Source: Acidobacteriota bacterium (GTDB lineage: Bacteria; Acidobacteriota; Aminicenantia; UBA2199). Taken from it: 57,951 nt of DNA. The stretch spans positions 1 through 57,951 of the forward strand of contig JAKLEC010000004.1 of assembly GCA_022711715.1 (NCBI GenBank), given 5' to 3'. Shown here one piece after another: positions 18,471 to 26,262 of the stretch; position 1 is the stretch's first letter, and the number at the start of each line of letters is the position of its first letter. The translations under genes and the position numbers were made by a program. The notes under the pieces are model-generated. The model ran no database searches. It was not told the DNA's origin and was given only the letters and a program-made list of their open reading frames with translations.

Positions 18471-19020
18471 GGTACTCCTCGATGGTGTTCAGGTTGCGGA
18501 ACCATTCCTGCCCGTCCATGGGTACGAAGGCCGTGCGGCAGACGGCGAAGAGCGACGAGATGCGCAGGTCGCCGGCGGCCAGTTGTTTTTCGATGACCGG
18601 CACGATCGAGCGGTCATAGGCGGCGAACAGCGGCTCGAACTTGCCGTCGCGGTAGCGGGGCACCACGATCTCGTTTCCCCGCGTACGGGCCAGGATGCGG
18701 CGCACGAAGGACAGGTCGACGACCGGGATGTCGCAGGCCAGCACGAAGTTGACGCGGCAGGGCGAGGCGCGCAGCGCGGTGAGGATGGCCGGCAGCGGTC
18801 CCCGGCCCGGCGTCTCATCCACCACGATCGGCAGCCCCAGAAAGGCCAGCTTCCTTCTGTCGCCGGCGCTGACCAGGATGGCGGCGAAGCAGGGGCGGAT
18901 CTGCTCGATGAGCGCCTCGATGAGGGTGCGGCCGCGGAAGGGGAGCAGCGGCTTGTCCCGGCGCATGCGCCGGCCGCGTCCTCCCGCCAGGACGATCGCC
19001 GCTACGGGTTCGGAACTCAT
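18433..19020 (-). CDS. mobA: Molybdenum cofactor guanylyltransferase MobA
   Basis: N-terminal AAIVLAGGRGRRMRRDKPLLPFRGRTLIE nucleotidyltransferase motif, 195 aa. Confidence 0.8.
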   Translation of the reverse strand: MSSEPVAAIVLAGGRGRRMRRDKPLLPFRGRTLIEALIEQIRPCFAAILVSAGDRRKLAFLGLPIVVDETPGRGPLPAILTALRASPCRVNFVLACDIPVVDLSFVRRILARTRGNEIVVPRYRDGKFEPLFAAYDRSIVPVIEKQLAAGDLRISSLFAVCRTAFVPMDGQEWFRNLNTIEEYHAYIESRKGRDA

Positions 19021-19032
19021 GGCAGGGGGAGG

Positions 19033-19428
19033 TCAGGATCCGGGCTTGACGCCTTCACGGCTGATGAAGCCCTCGTCGGCTCCGGCCGGCCTGTCTTTCA
19101 TGAAGGAGGCCAGGAACGCCTTCTGCGCTTCGCTGTTGTCCTTGAAGCGCGCGCCGATGGAGAAGAGGAGCCCGGGAGGCAGGGCGGCATACTTGCTGCC
19201 GTCGAAGGGGGCGACCTCGGCGCGGTTGATCTCGATGTCGAACTCCTGCTGGCGGTTGTCGCGCCCGATCAGGTAGATCTTGTAGCTGGAGCCGACCACC
19301 GGCTGAAAGTTGCTGACCAGGTTGATTCCTTCGCGGCTGATGTTATTGGCCACGAAGCTGACCACGTTCAGCAGCTTGCCCTTGATCTCCCGTGACACGT
19401 CGAAGCGCGCGCTCTTTCTTTTTTCCAT
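19033..19428 (-). CDS. PilZ domain protein (c-di-GMP receptor type)
   Basis: Starting at MEKRKSARFDV, both PilZ motifs are present: RxxxR (RKSAR) and [DN]xSxxG (NISREG). The ORF-track start at 19467 is probably too early. Confidence 0.75.
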   Translation of the reverse strand: MEKRKSARFDVSREIKGKLLNVVSFVANNISREGINLVSNFQPVVGSSYKIYLIGRDNRQQEFDIEINRAEVAPFDGSKYAALPPGLLFSIGARFKDNSEAQKAFLASFMKDRPAGADEGFISREGVKPGS

Positions 19429-19479
19429 GTCCCTCCGCTCCTGAAGGAAAGGACCATGGTAGCACAACGCGGGACGGAA

Positions 19480-20070
19480 TCAAGCGCCGGGATGCCGGCG
19501 GGCGAGGAACTCCTCGGGGTAGGGCTGGGTCTCGGTCTTCTCGCCGAACACGGCGAACCCGGCCCGGAGATATTTTTCCAGCGCCTGGGGGTGGTCGTAC
19601 TCGCAGGTGTGCAGCCACACGCGCCGCGTCTCGCCCTTCCAGGCGCGGCGGACGGCCCAGTCGAGGAAGAACCGGCCCAGCCCGCGGCCGATGAACGCCG
19701 GCAGCAGGCCGAAGTAGGCGATCTCCGCTTGCGTCGCGACGCGGCGGTCGAGCTCGGCGAAGCCGGCGACCTGGCAGCCGGCGTACAGCAGCTGGACTTC
19801 GGTCTCCTCCGCCTGGAGGAGCGCCCGCAGCTCCTCCTCGGCCATGAGCAGCCGCCCGCTCCAGCCCCATTCGCCGCCGACGGCGCGGAACAGCCGCCGG
19901 TACTCGACCGGGCCCGGCCGCTGCCAGCGCTTCACCTCGCAGCCGAAGGGCAGAGGCACCGGCGGAGTGCGGGGCGGCTCCGTCATCTCCAGGTACGTCG
20001 TGCGCACCGGCACCAGCCGGTAGCCGGCAGGCAGTTGTTGGTCGGTCGAGCGACTCGTCATGCTTTTCAT
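19480..20070 (-). CDS. GNAT family N-acetyltransferase
   Basis: Acetyl-CoA binding-like motif LLPAFIGRGLGRFFLDWAVRRAW, 196 aa. Confidence 0.75.
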   Translation of the reverse strand: MKSMTSRSTDQQLPAGYRLVPVRTTYLEMTEPPRTPPVPLPFGCEVKRWQRPGPVEYRRLFRAVGGEWGWSGRLLMAEEELRALLQAEETEVQLLYAGCQVAGFAELDRRVATQAEIAYFGLLPAFIGRGLGRFFLDWAVRRAWKGETRRVWLHTCEYDHPQALEKYLRAGFAVFGEKTETQPYPEEFLARRHPGA

Positions 20071-20107
20071 GTATCACAGCCTTTGCATATTTTCAAATAT
20101 CGAACTC

Positions 20108-20234
20108 AGGGAAAGGCAGAGGGAAGAGTCAGGGATGGCAGAGGGAAGAGCGTGTGGGAAAAAGCCCTTTCCAAACCTCCTTCCCACTTTATCTTCCCTC
20201 TGTCTTTCCCTCTGCCTCTCCCTCTCTCTTTCCT
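20108..20234. repeat. Purine-rich AGAGGGA-type module (20108..20150) with a pyrimidine-rich inverted copy (20187..20234)
   Basis: agggaaaggcagagggaagagtcagggatggcagagggaagag ... ctttatcttccctctgtctttccctctgcctctccctctctctttcct. Strongly strand-asymmetric imperfect inverted repeat. Confidence 0.8.
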
Positions 20235-20251
20235 GATCCTCGAGATGCCGG

Positions 20252-20280
20252 TTGAGTCGAGCCCTGCTTTTTGCTACCAT
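20252..20280 (+). promoter_or_regulatory. Candidate sigma70-like promoter (TTGAGT-17-TACCAT) for the 20313 gene
   Basis: Hexamers with 17-nt spacing, about 33 nt upstream of the ATG. Confidence 0.35.
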
Positions 20281-20312
20281 TCCGTTTCGTAGGAACCGCA
20301 TGAGGATGAGGC

Positions 20313-21461
20313 ATGCCTGAAGAAAAAAGGCGCTATTATTTCATCGACCAGTTCCGCGGCTGGGCCGTGGTGTTCATGATCGAGACCCACGTGGTCAACG
20401 CCTTCCTGCATTACGGCCTGCGCTCTTCGCTGCTGTACCGATCCCTCGACTTTTTCAACGGCCTGATCGCCCCCTCCTTTGTGTTCATCGCCGGCTTTTC
20501 GTTCGGGCTCGTCGCCGAGCGCAAGTGGGACGACTTCCTGCGCCCGGGCAAGGTCTTCCGGAAGCAGTTCATGCGCTGCCTGCAGATCCTGCTGGCCGGC
20601 TACCTGCTGCACATGCCGCAGTTCTCCCTGGACCGGCTTCGTCATTCGCTTCACTGGGGCCAGAAGCACATTTTCTGGGGCGTGGACGTGCTGCACGCCA
20701 TCGCCGTCTCGCTGCTGCTGATGCTCCTCTTCATCCCGCTGTGGCGGCGCCGCGAGCGCTATTTTGCCTTCCTCGCCGCCGCCGGCCTTGCCGTTTCGCT
20801 GCTGACGCCGCTGCTCCGGTCGCTTCCCGTCGAGGCCTACCTGCCCTGGGCCCTGTCGGGGTATCTGAAGCGGCTGCCGTTCTCGCAGTTCCCCCTCTTC
20901 CCCTGGATGGGCTACGCCTTTCTGGGCGCCGCGGTCTGCCGGCTGTGGCAGGAGGCGAAGCGCAACGACCGGGAGGAGCGCTTCTTCCGCCTGCTCTTCT
21001 ATGCCGGCCTCTCCCTGGTCGCCGTTTTCCTGGTCATCGCCCTGCAGCCCATCACTCCCGTCGCCATGGGCTCGTTCAACCCGGCCAAGCCCCTGTTCTT
21101 CTTCCTGAAGCTGGGCATCGTCGCGGTGCTTCTCTCGCTGCTGTGGCGGCTGGAGCGGAGGAACGGCGAGAGGCCCGTGCTCATCACCCGGGTCGGCCAG
21201 GAGTCGCTGCCGGCCTACGCCTTTCATATCGCCGTCATCTTTGGCGGCTTCTTCGGCCCCCATGGCCACAGCCTGGCTTTCCTGATCAAGATGACCCGCT
21301 CCTGGCCGCAGGTGCTGGCCATGGCCGTTGTCCTGATCCTGGTAACAGGCGCGCTGTCGCTGGCATGGCACCAGCTGAAAAAAAGCCGGCCCACAGTAGC
21401 CAAGCGGGTGTTCTGGTCCGGAGTGGCGGCATTGGTCCTGTATATGGTCTTCCGCTATTGA
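20313..21461 (+). CDS. DUF1624 / heparan-alpha-glucosaminide N-acetyltransferase-like membrane acyltransferase
   Basis: N-terminal RRYYFIDQFRGWAVVFMIETHV motif and about 10 TM segments. Confidence 0.7.
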   Translation: MPEEKRRYYFIDQFRGWAVVFMIETHVVNAFLHYGLRSSLLYRSLDFFNGLIAPSFVFIAGFSFGLVAERKWDDFLRPGKVFRKQFMRCLQILLAGYLLHMPQFSLDRLRHSLHWGQKHIFWGVDVLHAIAVSLLLMLLFIPLWRRRERYFAFLAAAGLAVSLLTPLLRSLPVEAYLPWALSGYLKRLPFSQFPLFPWMGYAFLGAAVCRLWQEAKRNDREERFFRLLFYAGLSLVAVFLVIALQPITPVAMGSFNPAKPLFFFLKLGIVAVLLSLLWRLERRNGERPVLITRVGQESLPAYAFHIAVIFGGFFGPHGHSLAFLIKMTRSWPQVLAMAVVLILVTGALSLAWHQLKKSRPTVAKRVFWSGVAALVLYMVFRY

Positions 21462-21491
21462 TAGGGGCCGGCTAGGTACTTATAGGGCTTC

Positions 21492-21659
21492 AAGGTTCGA
21501 CGTTCGAGGTTCGACGTTCGACGTAACGAAAACCAACTCGCTTGGGTGCCGAAGAGGTCTAGTCAGGGGCTGATCGTTATTTCTGAAAGATCACGATCGA
21601 AGATCTGTAAATTGCTGTTACTTGTCACGCGTCACGCGTTACGCGTTACGCGTCACGAT
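21492..21659 (+). repeat. Partial repeat array: a GTTCGAS heptamer tract (21492..21528) and the M7 tract GTCACGC/GTTACGC (21621..21659)
   Basis: aaggttcgacgttcgaggttcgacgttcgacgtaacg, then tcacgatcg..attgctgtta linker signatures, then cttgtcacgcgtcacgcgttacgcgttacgcgtcacgat. Confidence 0.8.
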
Positions 21660-21691
21660 AATCCTTTTCTGTGCTGCCGCTACCACTATCA

Positions 21692-22378
21692 CTAAGCAGA
21701 CAGGAAATTAGAAAAGATCTGCTGGTTCTGGGCCAGGTCAGAATCGTCCTTCCTGTCGTCAAAGTAGCGTTTCCTGAAATCGGGGGAAGAGGCTTCTTCC
21801 GCAGTGAAGATCTCCTCGATGCTGCCGGGGCCGTACTCGGGGTGGAACTGCACTCCCCAGACAGGCAGGTTTTTCATCTGGAAGGCCTGCACGGCGCAAT
21901 CGAGGGTCGAGGCCAGGACGGAAAATTCAATTCCCAGGCCGGTCACTTCGTCGAAATGGGTTACGACCGAGACCAGGGGCTTGCGGATGCCGGCGAAGAG
22001 CGGATTGGCCTGGAAGCTGATCTCCCGAAAGCCGAATTCCGGGGTCGGCGAGTGGCGGACATGCTCCTTTCCCAGGAGCTCCTTGGCGATGAACTGGTGG
22101 CTGTAGCAGATGCCGAGGACCGGCTTCCTCGCCTGGATGAACTCCCGCAATGCCTTTGCCAGAGGCCTTTCCCACGGATGATCGTCCACCACCGACGCCT
22201 CCGAGCCCGACATGATCATGTGGCTGAAGCGGGACAGGTCGGGCAGCTGGGGATGGTTCAGCGGCCGCCATAATTTGACTCCCATCCTGGCCTTTGCAGC
22301 GCAGCCCAACATCAGGCGGTCGAACGTCGCGGCATAGGCGTCGGCAACAAACGTGTCGGCAACCAGCAGCATGTCCAA
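21692..22378 (-). CDS. Class I glutamine amidotransferase-like protein
   Basis: Nucleophile elbow VLGICYSHQFI and VWGVQFHPEY (His/Glu of the triad). Confidence 0.8.
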   Translation of the reverse strand: MDMLLVADTFVADAYAATFDRLMLGCAAKARMGVKLWRPLNHPQLPDLSRFSHMIMSGSEASVVDDHPWERPLAKALREFIQARKPVLGICYSHQFIAKELLGKEHVRHSPTPEFGFREISFQANPLFAGIRKPLVSVVTHFDEVTGLGIEFSVLASTLDCAVQAFQMKNLPVWGVQFHPEYGPGSIEEIFTAEEASSPDFRKRYFDDRKDDSDLAQNQQIFSNFLSA

Positions 22379-22409
22379 CTCCTTCGCGCCGTATTATACA
22401 CGAGTTCAG

Positions 22410-22713
22410 CGTCCGTGACAGTGCCCAGGGGAACCCCAACGACCTCTTTGTGTTAGTGTTTGTGTTTGTGTTGGCAAACGCAAGAGCTGACCTCTTGCTG
22501 TTACGAATCACGAATGACGAATTACGAATTACGATTGATCCCTTGCTTTTTCTCATCACGCATTACGCATAACGCATGACGATAGATCCAGATGTTGTTC
22601 CTCGTCACTCGTCACCCTGGATCGTACCGTGCTGTTGCCGTACGCCGTACGCCGTATGCCGTACGCCTTACGCCGAGTTCATTCCGTTCTCGTCACGCGT
22701 CACGCGTCACGAT
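22410..22713 (+). repeat. Full mosaic repeat array (order M1-M2-M3-M4-M6-M5-M7) ending 8 nt from the stop of the AmpG-family gene
   Basis: M1 22410..22425, M2 22447..22474, M3 22501..22535, M4 22553..22583, M6 22601..22617, M5 22637..22675, M7 22689..22713. Confidence 0.9.
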
Positions 22714-22720
22714 AGCTCGT

Positions 22721-24205
22721 TCATTTCTTCGGCACCCAGATCAGCAGGATCATGGCGGGGATCGAGATTAGAAAGCTGACGCCGAACATGCCGCTGTAGC
22801 CGAGCCAGGAGGCGATGAAGCCGCTGCTGACGCCGGCGACGATGCCGCCCAGGCTCATCAGTCCGGAGCCGATGGCGAAGTGGGCCGCCTTGAACTCCAT
22901 TTTGCAGATGCGCATCAGGAAGGTGGTCAGCACCGCCGTGCCCAGGCCGCTGGCGAACTGCTCGAAGCCGGTCACGCCGGCAAACGCCGCCAGGTTGAAG
23001 ACGCCGACGGGAACCGGGACCGCCGCGCCGGTGTTCACCTGCAGGAAATGGGAGAAATACCCCGCCAGGAGCATGTAGACGACGTTGGTCAGGTTCTGCG
23101 CCAGCAGAAAGGGCCAGATCACCCGCTTTAGGCCGAAGCGCGAGATCATCCAGCCGCCGATCAGCGCGCCGGCGATGGAGCAGGGCAGGCCGATGCCGCC
23201 GGCGATCCAGCCGTAGTGCTCCTTGATGCCCAGGTCGACCGCGAACGCCGATACCATGGAACTGACCATGAACTCGCCGCTGCGCACCAGGATGATGAAG
23301 GCCAGGACCAGGCCGATCTTTTCCTGGTCCATGAAGGTCAGGAAGGCCCGGCCGTAGAACGAGTCGGGATCGCGGGTCAGGACGGCGGCCAGCCGGCGGC
23401 GGAACGCGGCCAGCAGGACCAGCGCCAGCAGCAGCCCCAGGCCGATGACGCGGGGAAAATTCAACTCGGCAAGCAGGGGAGACGAGGTCTTCCAGCCGAC
23501 GAAGGGCGCCGAATTGAAGAACCAATAAACGGCGGCGACGAGGGCGATGGCGAGCGCGACGTTGCGCGCCACCCGCGCCCTGGCGAAGAGGCCGAGCATG
23601 GCGCGGAAGGAGCGGCGCTGCGCTTCGCACTCGGGTAGGAAGAAATAATGGTAGGCGGCCAGCAGGCCCAGCAGCAGCCCGGAGAGCAGAAAGGCCAGGA
23701 CCCAGGAGACCGTGGTGCCGATGGTGACGATCACCCCGGTGCCGGTCAGCATGGCCACGCGATAGGCCATCACCCGGTAGCCGAGGAACTTCGTCTGCTG
23801 CGCCTTGTCCAGCGCCGCCAGGTAGTAGCCGTCGATGGCGATGTCGTGGGTGGCGGCGACGAAGGCGGCGATGAAGAACAGCACGGCAACCAGGCGTGGC
23901 GCCGTCGGCATGGGCACGAGGAAGGCGGCAGCGCCGATGAGAACGGCCAGCATCGCCTGCATGGCCAGCAGCCAGCGCTTCTTGGTGGCGAACTCGTCCA
24001 CCAGCGGACCCCAGAAGAACTTGAGGATCCAGGGCAAACCGAAGAATGTGGTCAGTCCCACCGCTTCCAGGCTGACGCCGCGGTCGCGGAAGAAGACGGC
24101 GGAGACCGAACGGATCACGGAAAAGGGGAACCCCTCCGCGAAATAGGTGCTGAAGCACCAGATGTGCGTTTTTCCAGCGATGGATGTCGGCTTGTCTCCG
24201 GCCAT
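22721..24205 (-). CDS. MFS transporter, AmpG (muropeptide/acetyl-CoA transporter) family
   Basis: FSTYFAEGFPFSVIRSVSAVFFRDRGVSLEAVGLTTFFGLPWILKFFWGPLVDEF matches the conserved AmpG N-terminal pattern. 494 aa, multi-TM. Confidence 0.75.
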   Translation of the reverse strand: MAGDKPTSIAGKTHIWCFSTYFAEGFPFSVIRSVSAVFFRDRGVSLEAVGLTTFFGLPWILKFFWGPLVDEFATKKRWLLAMQAMLAVLIGAAAFLVPMPTAPRLVAVLFFIAAFVAATHDIAIDGYYLAALDKAQQTKFLGYRVMAYRVAMLTGTGVIVTIGTTVSWVLAFLLSGLLLGLLAAYHYFFLPECEAQRRSFRAMLGLFARARVARNVALAIALVAAVYWFFNSAPFVGWKTSSPLLAELNFPRVIGLGLLLALVLLAAFRRRLAAVLTRDPDSFYGRAFLTFMDQEKIGLVLAFIILVRSGEFMVSSMVSAFAVDLGIKEHYGWIAGGIGLPCSIAGALIGGWMISRFGLKRVIWPFLLAQNLTNVVYMLLAGYFSHFLQVNTGAAVPVPVGVFNLAAFAGVTGFEQFASGLGTAVLTTFLMRICKMEFKAAHFAIGSGLMSLGGIVAGVSSGFIASWLGYSGMFGVSFLISIPAMILLIWVPKK

Positions 24206-24262
24206 GGTTTCAGAATGGTAGTACAGCGGCTAGGAGATGTAAATAGGGCGAGTTAATGCGGC

Positions 24263-24540
24263 CTGTGACGAGAACGGAATGAACTCGGCATACGGCGCAC
24301 GGCATACGGCGTACGGCAACGGCTCGATACGATCCGGGGTGATGAGGAACAGAAGCATCTGGATCTATCGTTATGCGTTATGCGTGAAAAGAAACAACAA
24401 GGGGCCTATCGTAATTCGTGATTCGTAATTCGTGATTCGCAACAGCAATAGACCGGCTCTTGCATTTGCTAACACTAACACAAACACGAACACAAAGAGG
24501 TCGTTGAGTTTCTTGCTGACACTGTCACCGACACCGACAC
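24263..24540 (-). repeat. Mosaic repeat array in reverse orientation (M7 remnant-M5-M6-M4-M3-M2-M1 read left to right on the + strand), abutting the tilS stop codon
   Basis: 24265..24289 is the exact reverse complement of 22672..22696 (25 nt). The modules cggcatacggcgcacggcatacggcgtacggc, atcgttatgcgttatgcgtga, atcgtaattcgtgattcgtaattcgtgattcgc, ctaacactaacacaaacacgaacacaaa and gctgacactgtcaccgacaccgacac are all present. Confidence 0.9.
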
Positions 24541-25908
24541 CTAGGGCTTGATCGAAATCCTAACGAACGGCCCTTTGTCGCCGTCCTGGACGGCGAAGGC
24601 GGCGGCCAGGGGCGAGCCGCAGGCCCAGACCAGCCGGCCGTCGCCATTCTCCAGCACCGGCCGCAGCGGCCGCAGCGGCGCCGGCACTCCCGAGGCGCGG
24701 ACCATCTCGATCACGGCTTGCCGGTAAGGTGAGTGGATCTTGCGGTACTTGTCGCCCGGCTTTGGCGGCCGCAGGCGCAGGGGGAAGCGCAGCTTCCCCT
24801 CGGCCACGACGACGGAGAAGTTGTCCCGCGGCGGCTGGAAGCGGCCGGTCCGGCTCACCGTCACTGCCGCCCCGATCTCCGGGATGGACCGGCGGCCCGT
24901 GCCCGTGACCTCGAGGCGATAGCCCTTGACGCGCAGGGAGTCCGGATGGATCCAGCCCTTGGCGAAGCTCAGGTTCACTCCCGGCAGGGAGAGTCCGCGG
25001 CCGGTCTCCACGCTCTCCAGGAAGGCGGCGACGTGCTCGCTGCCGATCCCCAGCAGGTCGCCCTTGACCCGGCGCAGGTACTCGCGGGCCAGGTGGCGGG
25101 CCATGGCCGGGTGCAGCCCGGCGAAGGCGCGAGCCGGCAGGACGCTCCCCAGCCGGAGCTCGCGCTCCAGGATGCGCCGCGTCTCCTGCTGGAAGTGGTC
25201 GAACTCGTCCTGCAGCAGGAGCACGGTGCGGAAGACGCGGTCCTCGACGTCGGGCTCGATGGCCCGCGCCGCCGGCATCAAGTCGTGGCGGATGCGGTTG
25301 CGCAGGAAGTCGTGTTCCAGGTTGGTCGGGTCGCGATAGAAGGCGATGGCGTTGCGCTCCAGGAACGCCAGGACCTCCCCGGAGGAGAAGACCAGCAGCG
25401 GGCGGACGATGTGCCTTTCCTTGCTGGCATAGATCGCCGAGAGCCCCTGCAGGCCGCTGCCGCGGAAGAGCTTGATGAAGAAGGTCTCGGCCAGGTCGGA
25501 GCGGCTGTGGGCCGTGGCGATGCGCACCGGGCCGGAGCCGGCCGGGGCCAGCCGCCGCGCCAGCGAGTGGAAGAAATCGTAGCGCGAGATCGAGGCGGCG
25601 TGCTCGAGGTTCAGCCGGTTCTCCTCGCGGAAGCGCCGCACGTCGCGGCCGCCGGTCTCGAGCTCGATGCCGCGGCCGGAGCAGAAGGCGCGCGCCCACT
25701 CCTCCTCGGCAGCGGCGTCGGGGCGCAGGCGATGGTTGAAGTAGGCGGCGACCAGGCGAAAGGGGAGGAACCTCCGCAGTTCCTGCAGCAGGACGGCGGC
25801 GGCGACCGAGTCCTTGCCGCCGGAAAAGCCGAGGACGACGGTATCGCCGGGGAGAATGAGGCCGTGGCGCTCGATATTGTCCTTGAACGGCGGGAAGAGG
25901 AGCTTCAT
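24541..25908 (-). CDS. tilS: tRNA(Ile)-lysidine synthase TilS
   Basis: PP-loop VVLGFSGGKDSVAAAVLL. The start is taken at MKLLFPPFKD (ATG 25908), because the 504-aa track ORF extends through the tRNA gene. Confidence 0.88.
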   Translation of the reverse strand: MKLLFPPFKDNIERHGLILPGDTVVLGFSGGKDSVAAAVLLQELRRFLPFRLVAAYFNHRLRPDAAAEEEWARAFCSGRGIELETGGRDVRRFREENRLNLEHAASISRYDFFHSLARRLAPAGSGPVRIATAHSRSDLAETFFIKLFRGSGLQGLSAIYASKERHIVRPLLVFSSGEVLAFLERNAIAFYRDPTNLEHDFLRNRIRHDLMPAARAIEPDVEDRVFRTVLLLQDEFDHFQQETRRILERELRLGSVLPARAFAGLHPAMARHLAREYLRRVKGDLLGIGSEHVAAFLESVETGRGLSLPGVNLSFAKGWIHPDSLRVKGYRLEVTGTGRRSIPEIGAAVTVSRTGRFQPPRDNFSVVVAEGKLRFPLRLRPPKPGDKYRKIHSPYRQAVIEMVRASGVPAPLRPLRPVLENGDGRLVWACGSPLAAAFAVQDGDKGPFVRISIKP

Positions 25909-25942
25909 GGCCACCCCGGCGGTCCCCAGGGAGAGGGGAAAA

Positions 25943-26015
25943 TAGCGGCGGAGGGAATTGAACCCCCGACATAACGGATATGAGCCGTCTGCTCTACCAA
26001 CTGAGCTACGCCGCC
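25943..26015 (-). tRNA. tRNA with anticodon CAU: elongator tRNA-Met or tRNA-Ile2 (lysidine type); not an initiator
   Basis: Hand-folded cloverleaf: GGCGGCG TA GCTC AGTTGGTA GAGC A GACGG CTCATAT CCGTT ATGTC GGGGG TTCAATT CCCTC CGCCGCT A. 73 nt, G1-U72 wobble, no encoded CCA. It lacks the initiator 1x72 mismatch and the three G-C pairs in the anticodon stem. Confidence 0.9.
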
Positions 26016-26076
26016 ATACAGGGCCAATTATACCCGAAACCGCAGAGCTTCGCAATATGGGAACAGACGACCTTTC

Positions 26077-26252
26077 CTGACGCGTAATGCGTGACGCATG
26101 ACGGGGAACAGCAGCATCTGGATCAATCGTTATGCGTTATGCGTAATGCGTTATGCGTGATGAGAAACAGCAAATAACCTATCGTGAATCGTGATCCGCA
26201 ACGGAAAGATATCGGTTCATGCTGTTACTAACACTATCACTAACACTAACAC
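26077..26252 (-). repeat. Partial mosaic array in reverse orientation (M7-like, M4, M3, M2), ending 10 nt before the stop codon (26263..26265) of the TPM-domain gene
   Basis: ctgacgcgtaatgcgtgacgcatgacgg, atcgttatgcgttatgcgtaatgcgttatgcgtga, atcgtgaatcgtgatccgc, ctaacactatcactaacactaacac. The linker gaacagcagcatctggatcaatcgttatgcg is nearly identical to 24348..24378. Confidence 0.85.
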
Positions 26253-26262
26253 TGCGTTCGTT

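Noticed and set aside
22294-22779. Small ORFs reading through repeat arrays (22294..22572 and 22576..22779; likewise 56131..56316, 17240..17464 and 13107..13487)
   Set aside because: Their translations are just the periodic repeat read in frame (for example RITNHE, VTRHA). They lack RBS context, and equivalent arrays in other orientations do not conserve the frames.
24541-26055. 504-aa version of TilS
   Set aside because: The first 49 codons run through the tRNA gene (25943..26015). The PP-loop protein starts naturally at ATG 25908.
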